64,000 nt of DNA from Bythopirellula sp. (GCA_965216565.1 OZ244170.1:4416001-4480000); one strand, 5' to 3'. Positions 1 through 11,653 are shown, counted from the first letter of the stretch. The notes: generated by a model not told the origin, from the letters alone. Program-made: numbers and translations.

Positions 1-204
1 AACTTCTTGCCAGAGGGTGCGCTTCACTCGTAGTCGTGCGTCACCGTAGTAAAGATTGACGAATTCCCCCTGCTCGCCCTCGCGTCGAAATACTCGCATG
101 CTGGGAATCATGTTCCGAGCTAGCTCAACATCTTCGGGGTGGAGCCACTCGTTGCCATCTTCGGGCCACCAGGGATAGTAGCCGTATCGCGGTTCAATTT
201 TCAT
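1..204 (-). CDS. Partial conserved hypothetical protein running off the window edge (DUF6960-like, tentative)
   Basis: Manual minus-strand translation from ATG 204: MKIEPRYGYYPWWPEDGNEWLHPEDVELARNMIPSMRVFRREG... stays open to base 1; not in the ORF track. Start may lie further upstream. Confidence 0.6.
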   Translation of the reverse strand, partial: MKIEPRYGYYPWWPEDGNEWLHPEDVELARNMIPSMRVFRREGEQGEFVNLYYGDARLRVKRTLWQEV

Positions 205-421
205 GGTGCCATCTGTTCCAGGTCCGCCCGACGTGTCCCCTGTTCCTACGGGCGGGAATTCACTCGTTGCCTCTCCCCTAAGAATACCGCAAAACGCTCA
301 CCAAGGCCAGTTTCTAACGGTTCTGCGGTTTGAGCAGGCTCTCAGTTAACACCCTGAAACGAAGGGGCAACCTATACTTGGAAAGCTCAGTCCTTAGTCC
401 CCTGCAACCAAGCCCTCTCCC

Positions 422-1924
422 ATGAATCTACACGATTTTCTCGAACATCACGGCATGTCGGCCAATCCGTTTGCCGATGAAGACGCTCAAACCGACCCGG
501 TCTTTCAGGGGCGTTGCCGGACGAGCACGTTTCATCCTAGTTGGGACAAGGTGTATGGCGACCCCTCGTCGCCAGCGACTTCGATTGTGTTCGGTGAAAA
601 GGGTGCTGGCAAAACAGCGATGCGGTTGCAAATCGCCGCCCAGATTGAAGAGCACAATCGTGAGTCCCCCGATAACAAACTATTTGTCATTGACTATGAC
701 GACTTCAACCCGTTTCTCGATCGATTCGCTGATCGGCTCAGTTCCCGTAAGCGTCGCAAGCCAACCAAGGTGCTTGCCGAGTGGAAAGTGTGGGATCATC
801 TGGATGCCATACTTTCGCTGGGAGTGACGGACACGGTTAGTAAGTTACTAAAAGTTCGTCAGGCAAGAAACGAATCCGCAAACGATCTGCCCGAAGATGC
901 TGTCAAGCGACTGGACCGCTTCCAGCGTCGCGACTTGCTCTTGTTGGCAGCCTGTTACGACAGCTCGTTGACCGAGTCCTTCGATACGCGGTGGTATCGG
1001 TTACGTAAGAAATTGAAGTACCGCCCCTGGCAAAGTTGGGCGATTCGAGGTCTCGGCATCGTGACCAAGGCGGCAGTGCTAGGCTTCATTGCCTACACCA
1101 AGAATTACGAGTTGCTTTGGACCAGTGTGTGGCCTTGGCTCATTATCGCTCTGGGCTGGGCGCCGTGGATGGCACAGGTGTGGCGATGGTGGATGCAGGC
1201 TTGGGGCGTTTCGCGAAATCTGCGTTGCGTCACCCGAGACGTCGGTCCATTGCGAAAAGTTCTCATGCAGTTTTCTGGCTCAGAGATCAACAATCAACCG
1301 CTTCCTAATCGCGCCCGCAGCGACGATCGTTACGAATTGCTGTACAAATTCCAGGGCTTGCTCAAGGCACTCGGATTCAATGGCATCGTGGTGTTAGTTG
1401 ACCGGGTCGACGAGCCGCACCTGATCGATGGTTCCCTGGAGAATATGCGCGGGCTGGTATGGTCGATGCTCGACAACAAGTTCCTAAAGCAACCTGGCCT
1501 GGGCTTGAAGATGTTGTTGCCCATCGAACTCTCTGATTTTGTCGAGCAGGAAGGACACGACTTTTTCCAAAGGGCTCGACTGGACAAGCAAAACATGATT
1601 CCTTCGTTAGAGTGGACGGGGCAATCGTTGTATGATTTGGCCAATGCTCGTCTGCAGGCATGTAGCGACAATGGCGAGGGCGTAGGGCTACAAGATTTGT
1701 TTGAGGATGAGATAGGGACCGCTCGCCTAGTCGATGCGTTCGCCTCGCTACGAGTTCCCCGGCATCTGTTCAAGTTCCTCTACCAACTCCTGATGACACA
1801 TTGCCAAGCCCATACCGACAGCGATCCGGCCTGGCAGATCGACTCTGGCACATTCGAAGCACAGCTAGCACTCTATCGGCGCGACCAAGAAGCTACAGAT
1901 CGTGGCCTGGTACATGGGGCTTAG
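422..1924 (+). CDS. P-loop NTPase-like protein with an internal membrane hairpin
   Basis: Walker A GEKGAGKT, Walker B-like VVLVDRVD, two Trp-rich hydrophobic segments between them; 500 aa. Confidence 0.75.
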   Translation: MNLHDFLEHHGMSANPFADEDAQTDPVFQGRCRTSTFHPSWDKVYGDPSSPATSIVFGEKGAGKTAMRLQIAAQIEEHNRESPDNKLFVIDYDDFNPFLDRFADRLSSRKRRKPTKVLAEWKVWDHLDAILSLGVTDTVSKLLKVRQARNESANDLPEDAVKRLDRFQRRDLLLLAACYDSSLTESFDTRWYRLRKKLKYRPWQSWAIRGLGIVTKAAVLGFIAYTKNYELLWTSVWPWLIIALGWAPWMAQVWRWWMQAWGVSRNLRCVTRDVGPLRKVLMQFSGSEINNQPLPNRARSDDRYELLYKFQGLLKALGFNGIVVLVDRVDEPHLIDGSLENMRGLVWSMLDNKFLKQPGLGLKMLLPIELSDFVEQEGHDFFQRARLDKQNMIPSLEWTGQSLYDLANARLQACSDNGEGVGLQDLFEDEIGTARLVDAFASLRVPRHLFKFLYQLLMTHCQAHTDSDPAWQIDSGTFEAQLALYRRDQEATDRGLVHGA

Positions 1925-2066
1925 TGGCTGAACCAGTGGCCCGCTGCCAGACGCACTTGACCTCGCTCGGGGGTTTTGGCAAACTTCCGCCGCGTTGTCT
2001 GGGAGCAGATTCTCCCGGGCTAGATTTCACTTTCAAAAGAGCTCCCACGGATGGGAAGTAGTAACC

Positions 2067-2684
2067 ATGAACAAGATGTTCCTGCTTTGTGCTGTTGCCA
2101 GTCTGAGTCTATTCACCCTGGGTTGTGGTGATACCGCGAGCGAGCCCGGCAGCTCGACGTTCGGTTTGCAACCGGCGGCCCCTCCCCAAGGAACGCAACC
2201 CGGCGATCCAGTTGGCCTAACCGTTCACGAGTTTCTCACTGCCATTCGCACCGGCGACACGCAAGCGTCCAGCTCTCGGCTGACGCCGCTAGCTCTACAG
2301 ATGATCAATCAAAACGACATGACCTTTGCGCCTCCGGCTAGCGAGAACGCCACGTTTCAGGTTGGCCAAGTGGAAATGTATGGACCCGACAAGGCCTCGG
2401 TCGATTCGATTTGGAGCGATCTCGATGCCGATGGTCAGCGCAACGAAGAGAAGATGACTTGGGCTCTGAAGCTCAACCAGGGTCAATGGAGAATCTCCGG
2501 CTTAATCGCCTATGTTGGCGAAAACCAATCCCCAGTGAAAATCAACTTCGAGAATCCCAGCGAGTTTATGGGAGGCAATTCGCAGCCTAAAACGGCGCAG
2601 CCCCCCCAACAACAGCAGCAACAACCTGGGTATCCGTCACCTCGCCAAGCGAGTCAGCCTACCCAGGACCCATTCCGGAAATAG
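2067..2684 (+). CDS. Putative lipoprotein
   Basis: MNKMFLLCAVASLSLFTLGC signal with lipobox-like LGC; Q/P-rich tail. Confidence 0.75.
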   Translation: MNKMFLLCAVASLSLFTLGCGDTASEPGSSTFGLQPAAPPQGTQPGDPVGLTVHEFLTAIRTGDTQASSSRLTPLALQMINQNDMTFAPPASENATFQVGQVEMYGPDKASVDSIWSDLDADGQRNEEKMTWALKLNQGQWRISGLIAYVGENQSPVKINFENPSEFMGGNSQPKTAQPPQQQQQQPGYPSPRQASQPTQDPFRK

Positions 2685-3009
2685 ACCTCGATATGTTCAG
2701 CTCCAGAGCAGTGCAAACTGGAATTAGCCCACTCCGGAACCAGCATCGCACTGAATGGTTCGATAATAGCCGCGATCCTACGGATCGCCGGAACCCCGGC
2801 GACTCCTAGAGTCGCGGCTATTGGCTCTTTTCGTGCTGCTTACCGAGTCCTAGCCAATCTCAATCTCCCCTACCTGTCTCCTAAGACTGCCTCCGGCCAG
2901 GATGTCGCGGAGCTGCATGCATTCTAGGTAATCTACGCAGCTTGGTAAACTGCTGCGTCGCTCCATGGTGGCTGATCTCGATCTTTCTTCGTCGACTCTT
3001 TTCAGCCTG

Positions 3010-3037
3010 TTGACACCCCTCCTGGGAATGTTATGGT
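3010..3037 (+). promoter_or_regulatory. Sigma70-like promoter upstream of the Cys-rich protein
   Basis: TTGACA (3010-3015), 16 nt spacer, TG-n-TATGGT (3029-3037). Confidence 0.45.
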
Positions 3038-3274
3038 ATCGCCCTGGGTTCGCTAATTGGCAAAGTTTACCCAGACCTCAAACGCGATGACTCAAGCTAG
3101 TTGATGGATGCTTGCACGCTTTTAGAAAGCAAAAACAGGCAATCTACCGACCCAAGCACAATGATATTCGTACATACGGTTTGCTACCTGCCGTCGTAGC
3201 ATATTCGGTTTTTGAAGACGGCGTGAATTGAACTGTTAACCTTATTTCCCGTGATTTCCCAGAGGAGAACACAC

Positions 3275-3853
3275 ATGACGCGTACTATGACATGGATGAC
3301 TGCCTTCATGGTAGTCGTGGCAGCGTTTGCCACATCGACCGACAGCGCCTCTGCTGGCCTGTTCAACCGCAACAAGTGCAAGCCTGCTAAGTGCAAGAAA
3401 TCGCGTAAGAGCAACTGCTGCGAGCCTACAAGCTGCTGCCAGACTGCTTCTTACTGTGAGCCAGTTTCCAGCTGTGGCTGCGAAGCTGCACCTGCTTGTG
3501 GTGGCTGCGAAACTTCCGCTTGCGGTTGTGCTGCACCTGCCGCTCCTTGCGGTTGCCAAGCCTCTAGCTGTGGCTGCGAAGCTCAGACTTGTGGTTGTGA
3601 AGTAGCTAGTTGCGGTTGCGAGTCTTCCTGCAATTCCTGCTGCTTGAGCAAGCGTCAAGCTCGCAAAGCCAAGCGTAAGGGTTGCTGCGTTCAACAGTGC
3701 AGCACCAGCTGCAGTGCCTGCAGTTCCTGTGGTAGCCAAGCCGTTAGCAGCCCTTGTGGTTGTGCTGCCGGTAGCGACTGCGGTTGCTCAGGTGCCACCG
3801 AGAGTGCTTCGCCTGAGAAGGCTCCGGACCTGCCAGAAGACGCCGAGACTTGA
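3275..3853 (+). CDS. Secreted cysteine-rich protein with CGC repeats
   Basis: AGGAGA RBS, signal peptide ending ASA-G, ~34 Cys and eight xCGC units; terminator follows. Confidence 0.8.
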   Translation: MTRTMTWMTAFMVVVAAFATSTDSASAGLFNRNKCKPAKCKKSRKSNCCEPTSCCQTASYCEPVSSCGCEAAPACGGCETSACGCAAPAAPCGCQASSCGCEAQTCGCEVASCGCESSCNSCCLSKRQARKAKRKGCCVQQCSTSCSACSSCGSQAVSSPCGCAAGSDCGCSGATESASPEKAPDLPEDAET

Positions 3854-3888
3854 ATCGGTCCTCGCTAACGCGAGACACTGACAATCAT

Positions 3889-3929
3889 AAAACCGGACTG
3901 TGTCTAAGTGGCACGGTCCGGTTTTTTCT
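3889..3929 (+). terminator. Rho-independent terminator, possibly bidirectional
   Basis: aaaaccggac...gtccggtttttt stem with A and T runs. Confidence 0.75.
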
Positions 3930-4120
3930 GTTTTAGAGATAAAAGCCAATAACGATGCCACTGCGTTAGCGGTGTCGGGCACGACCTAACACTGTACCCC
4001 AGCTACAACCAATCGCCGTGGGCGACCGGCTCTTGCAGTGTCGAGGGACTCTCACACGCTCAATATTGGTTTGAATAATTCGAATCGCTAGGCGATCCTA
4101 GAATATTTGCCCACAATAGT

Positions 4121-4837
4121 GTGATGGACGATAAGTGTAAAATCGCACACGCTAGGCTGCTGGCGGGCATCTGCCCTTGGTGTCGTCAGTATGTGTTGGC
4201 TGGCGAGGTCGAGGACGTCCGTGAAAAACGCAAATCTGTTTTTCATCAGAGGAATCTTGGGGGCAAGTCCATTCAACAATTTGTTGAGCAACGAGATCAC
4301 TTCTCTCTTCACTCCGTACTAACAATCTTAGAACAGATTGCCAGTAGAGTTTCTGACGTTCACAGTGATCGAGGAATGATTGGCTTATTATGTCCCAGCA
4401 CTATTCTTCTCTTGGGAAACAGCATAATCCTGATTGAAACTAGTGAGGTTGCTTCGTACTTAGACGATCCGTTTCAAGAAGATTCGTTTCAAGGAGATGT
4501 CGACCAGAACTCTCCCGTACTCGGAGTAGCTGATTATTTAGCTCCTGAGCAAGCTATAAGTAAGATCCGACCAGATGAGAGGGCCGACATCTATAGCCTG
4601 GGATGTATTTTCTTTTTTTTGCTAACTGGGCAGCCTCCCTTTTCTGGAAGCTCGATCTCGGAACGACTGTTGAAACATCAGACTGAAAAGCCTCCAAGTA
4701 TTCTACAGAGTTGTCCTGACGCCCCAGCTTGGGTTGAGCGAATGTGTGAGAAGATGCTGGAGAAGTTGCCCCAAGACCGATATCAATCGGCTGACGAATT
4801 AGTCGCAGAATTAAAGTCAAAACGAGAGGATAGCTAA
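4121..4837 (+). CDS. Degenerate Ser/Thr kinase-like protein (C-lobe only), AT-rich
   Basis: Keeps GVADYLAPEQ, ADIYSLGC, LLTGQPPF and DRYQSA; lacks the G-loop, VAIK, HRD and DFG motifs. Confidence 0.65.
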   Translation: MMDDKCKIAHARLLAGICPWCRQYVLAGEVEDVREKRKSVFHQRNLGGKSIQQFVEQRDHFSLHSVLTILEQIASRVSDVHSDRGMIGLLCPSTILLLGNSIILIETSEVASYLDDPFQEDSFQGDVDQNSPVLGVADYLAPEQAISKIRPDERADIYSLGCIFFFLLTGQPPFSGSSISERLLKHQTEKPPSILQSCPDAPAWVERMCEKMLEKLPQDRYQSADELVAELKSKREDS

Positions 4838-4882
4838 CTGACCAGTACCCTTCAGGTAATAAATTGAAGCCAAGATCCTTGA

Positions 4883-5620
4883 TCACGGCTCGCCGACGGC
4901 GGCCTCTTCTTCCTTACTCTCAGGCTTTATCACCGCATCGGTTCCTGCCACCTTTTGCGACTTGATCCCGTTGATCATTTGTTCAAAACTCTCGGCCTGC
5001 GAGTCAATCAATTCTCGCGGTCCGTAGAATTTAATAAACCACATGCCATGCTTATTGGTCGGCACTATGGCCGCCAGCATGCGGTAGTTGGGTTTTTCAA
5101 TCGAGGGCCCGAACGGGCCGCGGGGCTTGTCGAGGAAAGTCCCGGCCAGGTCGACAGTATGCACGGTAAACGGGCCGTGTTCCTGCTTTGTGAGCTTCGT
5201 GTCCTTTTCGTCTAAGGCCTTGCCGTCCTCGGTTCGAAACTGGCCGACCCAACGTGCAATGTTCGCCTTCACCCCGCCGCCGGCGTTCATGATTGTCATC
5301 CGCCCGAAATCACTAGCTTCTTTCTCCGTCTCTTTTTTCTCACTGCCCTGCTCTGCTGACTCGGTGTTGGTTTGCTTTTCGTCCTCATTCTTGGCAATTG
5401 GTACCTGGAACTCGTGCGCAATGATGCGGCTCCGCGGCTTCACCTGTTTCCAGTCACTTGGCACCGGCAGCACAATATTGCCATCCGCCAGTTCAATAGC
5501 CTGCGGCTGTTTCGGTTTGCTGCTCTCTTTCTTGCCGCTACCCTCCTTTTCTTCAGCACCGACAATTCCAGGTAGTATGAGGAGTAGCAATAAGAACGCG
5601 AGCGGCTTGCGAAGACGCAT
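4883..5620 (-). CDS. Secreted conserved hypothetical protein
   Basis: Signal MRLRKPLAFLLLLLILPGIVGA; GGGVKANIARWVGQF and WFIKFYGP segments. Confidence 0.7.
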   Translation of the reverse strand: MRLRKPLAFLLLLLILPGIVGAEEKEGSGKKESSKPKQPQAIELADGNIVLPVPSDWKQVKPRSRIIAHEFQVPIAKNEDEKQTNTESAEQGSEKKETEKEASDFGRMTIMNAGGGVKANIARWVGQFRTEDGKALDEKDTKLTKQEHGPFTVHTVDLAGTFLDKPRGPFGPSIEKPNYRMLAAIVPTNKHGMWFIKFYGPRELIDSQAESFEQMINGIKSQKVAGTDAVIKPESKEEEAAVGEP

Positions 5621-5728
5621 AACGAGATTCCATATAGAGTAGTTTGTTAGGTACGTACAAGTGCGTATCATGCTAGATCAACTCGAGTTACTTGGTGTTC
5701 AATCGTGGTTAACGTCACCCGAAGCTCT

Positions 5729-6460
5729 TCAATTCCTTATCAACACGACCACGAGAACCACCAGCAGCAAGAAAACCACCGCGGTTAGCAGCATTGTAAA
5801 GAGCTTAGCCCGTTCGCGACGTTTTCGTTGTTTAATGCGATAGTTCTCAGCAGGAAGTGGTTCCGCTGTTAGTTCTTCCTCGGCGGGAAGCGCTGTTTCT
5901 GGCGCCGGGGCGACATCTACTGTGGGCGCGGCAGGCAGGTTCAATTCAGTCAAGGCCTGCGTGCCGCTCTTCCACTCGGGCCAGCCGGTACGCCAGACCA
6001 GGCTGTCAGCGGGAACTCTGCCCGCTGCCGCCCAGCCATTGAAAGTCTCTGTGTTGGCCGGGCCAAATTGTTCACCGTTGGCTGCCCGCACATACCATAC
6101 GTCGGGCATGCTGCTGACCGTCGGGGGAAGTGGCGGAGGGGCGGGCGTCGCTTGGGTGGCTGGCGGTGCCAGGGGGGGCGGCGATGTGGGTGGCAAAGCA
6201 GCAGCCGGGGCAGACTCAGGTGCCTCGGACCGGGGGAGTGGTGAAGTTGACTCAGGTGTCGGCATTGCGGCGGTCGGAGCCGTCGCATTGGAGCGTGACT
6301 CGGCGGGAATCACGACAGACTCACCGGTCGACGAATTTTCATTGGTACTGGTGGGAATCGTGAACTTCGCCCGACATTCGGGGCAGATTCCCCGCTTGCC
6401 CGCCAAGTGCGATTTCACATTGAGTCGATGTCCATTCGGACACTCAAACCGAATTCCCAT
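5729..6460 (-). CDS. Zn-ribbon / Pro-rich linker / GYF_2 (DUF4339) membrane-anchored protein
   Basis: CPNGH...CPEC, WYV...QFGP...VWRTGWPEW, C-terminal TM helix. Confidence 0.8.
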   Translation of the reverse strand: MGIRFECPNGHRLNVKSHLAGKRGICPECRAKFTIPTSTNENSSTGESVVIPAESRSNATAPTAAMPTPESTSPLPRSEAPESAPAAALPPTSPPPLAPPATQATPAPPPLPPTVSSMPDVWYVRAANGEQFGPANTETFNGWAAAGRVPADSLVWRTGWPEWKSGTQALTELNLPAAPTVDVAPAPETALPAEEELTAEPLPAENYRIKQRKRRERAKLFTMLLTAVVFLLLVVLVVVLIRN

Positions 6461-6650
6461 GACTTGCCGATTACCTGCTGCAAGAGTTCTCTGTACCTAC
6501 GCCTAGTTTACAGGTGAAATCCTCATTCGAGAAGCCATCGAACTCTGCCGCAGACGCCGACAGTTTCGCTGAGTATAGTAGGCACTTCACCGGCGATTCG
6601 TAGGATCGCGGCTATCCAGACTGCCCACTGTCTTCTGACTACTTGAGTCC

Positions 6651-7469
6651 ATGTCGTTTCTAGAAATTATCCTGCTTGCCATCATTCAAGGGCTGACCGA
6701 ATTTTTGCCGGTTAGTTCCTCGGGCCACTTGGTCGTGGCTAATGCCATTTTCGAAGCATTGGGTAGCGAGCCGGTCGAAGACTTGGTGGAAGTGGAGATC
6801 GTACTGCATCTGGGTACGCTGCTGGCCGTGCTGGTGTATTATCGCAGAGAAATTGCGAGGCTGTTTACCGAAGATCGCCCCGTCATCCCACTGTTGATCG
6901 TTGGCACCATCCCCGCGGCGGTTATCGGCATCTTTGTGAAGAAAGTCCTAGACGATTCCACTGCCGAACGCGTGCAGGAACTAGTGTTTGAAAATCCGCT
7001 CGTCGCCGGCATCTGTTTTCCGATCACCGCGGCATTACTCTGGTGGGCTACGAAACGGACTGAAGGCGAGCAGGAGTACCAGGAACTCGGCTATGCAGAC
7101 ACCATTAAGATTGGCTTGTTGCAGGCGCTGGCACTGCTCCCCGGCATTTCGCGCAGCGGATCGACGATTGCCGGCGGATTAAGCGTCGGGCTTAAGCGAG
7201 AGTCGGCCGCCACATTCGCGTTTCTGCTCGCCATCCCTGCGATTGCTGGCGGTGGATTGCTAGAACTCATCGAAGCCGTGCAAGAAGGCGGTTCCGGCAC
7301 GCCGTTGCCGACGCTGGCCATTGGCTTTGTCGTAGCATTTGCAGTCGGCCTCGGCGCACTGGCCATTCTCATCCAGTGGATTCGCCGAGGCCGACTGGCA
7401 ATGTTTGTCTACTATCTGGTGCCGCTGGGTATAGCGGTAATAGCATGGCAGATTGGGTGGAAGCCTTGA
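6651..7469 (+). CDS. uppP: Undecaprenyl-diphosphate phosphatase
   Basis: QGLTEFLPVSSSGHL and PGISRSGST motifs. Confidence 0.95.
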   Translation: MSFLEIILLAIIQGLTEFLPVSSSGHLVVANAIFEALGSEPVEDLVEVEIVLHLGTLLAVLVYYRREIARLFTEDRPVIPLLIVGTIPAAVIGIFVKKVLDDSTAERVQELVFENPLVAGICFPITAALLWWATKRTEGEQEYQELGYADTIKIGLLQALALLPGISRSGSTIAGGLSVGLKRESAATFAFLLAIPAIAGGGLLELIEAVQEGGSGTPLPTLAIGFVVAFAVGLGALAILIQWIRRGRLAMFVYYLVPLGIAVIAWQIGWKP

Positions 7470-7560
7470 ACGTAGGCTTTGAGGCTTTGAGACTTCGAGG
7501 GGCTTGAGGTTTTCTTGAATACAGACTTCCCTCGAAGCCTCCAGTCTCGAAGTCTAACCT

Positions 7561-7785
7561 CTACCAATAATATCCGCCGCCGAAACCGACACCCACAGAC
7601 ACGCGCGGGCCATAGACTCGCGGGCCATAGTAGCCTCGATAAACAGGTCTGCGGATGATTGGCGGGCCGAGTACGGCACGGGCAATCGGTCGACGCACCC
7701 AGCGGCGATGCGCTTGGGCTTCTGAAGAATCAAACACTACAAAGCTCGCCGCAATGACGAGACACGCAATCAGACTTCTGAACAT
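7561..7785 (-). CDS. Small secreted Arg/Tyr/Gly-rich protein
   Basis: Signal ending AQA; YGPRV repeats. Confidence 0.6.
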   Translation of the reverse strand: MFRSLIACLVIAASFVVFDSSEAQAHRRWVRRPIARAVLGPPIIRRPVYRGYYGPRVYGPRVSVGVGFGGGYYW

Positions 7786-8084
7786 GGCAGAGGTCCCCCA
7801 GGTAGGCTGTAGGTAGGTAGGAATCAAGGCAGGAGGCCCTCAGCCAAGGAGCCGAGCCGGCCAAATCACAGTTACATTCTTACGCCCGTCGACGCATCTA
7901 GGAAAGGGTTGAATTCTCCAGCCTCGAAGCCTACAGCTCCCTGCCCCTCCCCCTGCCAAATTGGCAGCTGCTACCCCCTCTGGCTCTAGGATCAAAGCAC
8001 TCTCGACGAAAATGGCAGGAGGAGCCTCACTCCACTATTCGTACTAACTCGATACGCAGTGGTCACTTAGGGTTTTGATCTTCT

Positions 8085-8101
8085 TTGGCGCGCTGGTTGC
8101 T
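8085..8101 (+). promoter_or_regulatory. Sigma54-type -24/-12 promoter upstream of groES
   Basis: TTGGCGCGCTGGTTGCT matches TGGCAC-N5-TTGC(A/T) with exact GG-N10-GC spacing. Confidence 0.55.
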
Positions 8102-8140
8102 TTGCAGTAGGCCTTGGCACTGGGCTACCGGTGCATTTTC

Positions 8141-8217
8141 CAGCTGTCAGCGATCAGCTGTCAGCCAAGAGCTTTTTTTAGTTTTGGCTGACAGCTAATT
8201 GCTGACCGCTAACCGCT
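8141..8217. repeat. Heptamer-based inverted repeat in the groES leader
   Basis: agctgtcagcgatcagctgtcagccaa pairs with ttggctgacagctaattgctgaccgct. Confidence 0.7.
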
Positions 8218-8239
8218 ACATAACGGAGGACCTCCCCCC

Positions 8240-8557
8240 ATGGCCACTGCCACCAAGAAGAAGAGCAAGGTTTCGCTACAACCCCTCGGCGATCGCGTCG
8301 TTGTCTCCCGCGACGAATCAGAAGACATCACCGCCGGTGGCATCGTCCTGCCGGATTCCGCCAAGGACAAGCCTTCCCGCGGCACAATCGTCGCCGTTGG
8401 CACTGGCAAACTGCTCGACGACGGCAGCCGTGGTGAACTCCAAGTGAAGAAGGGCGACCGCGTCCTGTTCACCAGCTATGCCCCCGAATCGATCAGCATC
8501 GACGACGAAGAATTTCTGATGATGAGCGAGTCAGATATTCTGGCCGTGATCGAGTAG
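8240..8557 (+). CDS. groES: Co-chaperonin GroES
   Basis: LQPLGDRVVV, TAGGIVLPDSAK, MSESDILAVI. Confidence 0.97.
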   Translation: MATATKKKSKVSLQPLGDRVVVSRDESEDITAGGIVLPDSAKDKPSRGTIVAVGTGKLLDDGSRGELQVKKGDRVLFTSYAPESISIDDEEFLMMSESDILAVIE

Positions 8558-8562
8558 GAGGA

Positions 8563-8648
8563 TCTAGGAGCTAGAGACTAGAGACTAGAGAAGCCACGCG
8601 CAGCGCCCACTTCCCCTAGCCCCTAACACCTAGAACCTAGCCCCTAAC
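8563..8648. repeat. CTAG heptamer tandem repeats in inverted arrangement (groES-groEL spacer)
   Basis: ctaggag ctagaga ctagaga ctagaga ... ctagccc ctaacac ctagaac ctagccc; the left array recurs at 10347-10371. Confidence 0.75.
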
Positions 8649-8703
8649 TCAGCAACAACATACAAGCACAAATCAGAACACACTCTCCAAACCAACCAAG
8701 TAA

Positions 8704-10335
<1,632 letters not shown>

Positions 10336-10458
10336 TGCGGTAGGGGCTAGGAGCTAGAGACTAGAGACTAGGGTTAGCCGCGTTGCCACAGCAACGCAAG
10401 GCACCCCCGAAACCCAAACAACTAAGACCCAGCCCCAAATAAGATTTGATAACTTACC

Positions 10459-10498
10459 AATCCCCGGGCGAAGCGCAAGCTTCGCACCGGGGATTTTT
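10459..10498 (+). terminator. Terminator after groEL
   Basis: aatccccgggcgaagc-gcaa-gcttcgcaccggggattttt. Confidence 0.75.
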
Positions 10499-10870
10499 CG
10501 TGCGGTCTCAGTGCTAGATGTCAGTAGTCAGTTGTTAGTACTCAGTATTTAGCCGCGATCTGGTAGATCGCCGGTGCCCCACCAACCCCCATCGCCACCA
10601 CGCACGGAAGAAATAAACCACGGAGCCACGGAGAGCACAGAGAAGATCGAACCCAGGGTAGCCCAGGTTGGCGTCCAGCCTACCTGGGTCGCGCAGCGAC
10701 GGGAGGTGGTGCATCGTAACGAAATAACCATTTGTAGCAAAGTCACGCCGTTACGTCTTCTGACGAATGCCGGCACGATTGAGATACCATTTAGGACGAA
10801 AACGAACGTGGCACTCAGATATACTTCAATAGTAGTGGATATATTCTAGTAGATTGGAAAATGGCTTGGC

Positions 10871-11653
10871 ATGAAAAACAAAAGAGAAATTGAAAGAGAG
10901 ACAGTGGCACTAAATGAGATGCAGTTAATGGCTTGGTTAAGCACAACTGGAAACGAGATTCTTAAAAAGATTAACGAAACCAAAAAGAACGGAGATACCT
11001 CATCAGCTTGTGACGCACTGTACCATCGCATTGTTCTCTCTGGGAATACACTAATGTTGTTACGAGAACAGGGTACTCAATATGATTGGACCTATGATGG
11101 CTCCTCGATAATACGTATAGTTTATGAAGCTTCTCTCCAGATTCTCTACATCCTAAATGACGAATCCTCCGGTGAGGAGATTGCGCGTCGATACCTTGAC
11201 TTTGCGATTATTGAGCGGGTGAAAATGATAAGACTATTTGATAAAAGAGCTACTGATTTTTCTTCAAGATTATCCCAGAGCAGTAAGCGTGCAGAAGTCG
11301 AAAATGTCATTTACCAGGAGTTTCGTCGCGTCTGCAAGAAGTATAACTACGACAGTAGAAAGCCGCCGCAGTATTGGCATCAAGGCACAACGAGAAATCT
11401 CGCAATTGAGGTAGGTGTGGAAGGTGAGTTTGAGCTATTGCAGAAACAACTCTCTTCAATAATTCACTGCTCGTTCACAGGGATACGAGAAATGCCTCGA
11501 TATGATGGCAATCATCTGCTAATGCTATACTGGAAATTTGCATTTCGTGCACTTGGGAAAATCGCAGAGCATGTCGACGTGCAGTTGACGAACGAACAGG
11601 AAAAGGTCATTCTTGATTCATACAATAGTATTTTCGATGATGCCAACGGTTGA
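10871..11653 (+). CDS. AT-rich hypothetical protein (DUF5677-like, tentative)
   Basis: 260 aa ORF; RxxxE (RIVYE) and late LSSIIH motifs; composition differs from flanks. Confidence 0.6.
   Translation: MKNKREIERETVALNEMQLMAWLSTTGNEILKKINETKKNGDTSSACDALYHRIVLSGNTLMLLREQGTQYDWTYDGSSIIRIVYEASLQILYILNDESSGEEIARRYLDFAIIERVKMIRLFDKRATDFSSRLSQSSKRAEVENVIYQEFRRVCKKYNYDSRKPPQYWHQGTTRNLAIEVGVEGEFELLQKQLSSIIHCSFTGIREMPRYDGNHLLMLYWKFAFRALGKIAEHVDVQLTNEQEKVILDSYNSIFDDANG

Noticed and set aside
3044..3120. c-di-GMP-I riboswitch suggested by GGCAAA in the leader
   Set aside because: The GAAA tetraloop stem and GACGCAAAG core are absent.
8114..8140. CIRCE-like ttggcact...gtgca upstream of groES
   Set aside because: GCAC and GTGC are 10 nt apart instead of 13 and the right arm does not match GAGTGCTAA.
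8563..8648. Repeat arrays as CRISPR
   Set aside because: Units are 7 nt without unique spacers; no cas genes in the window.
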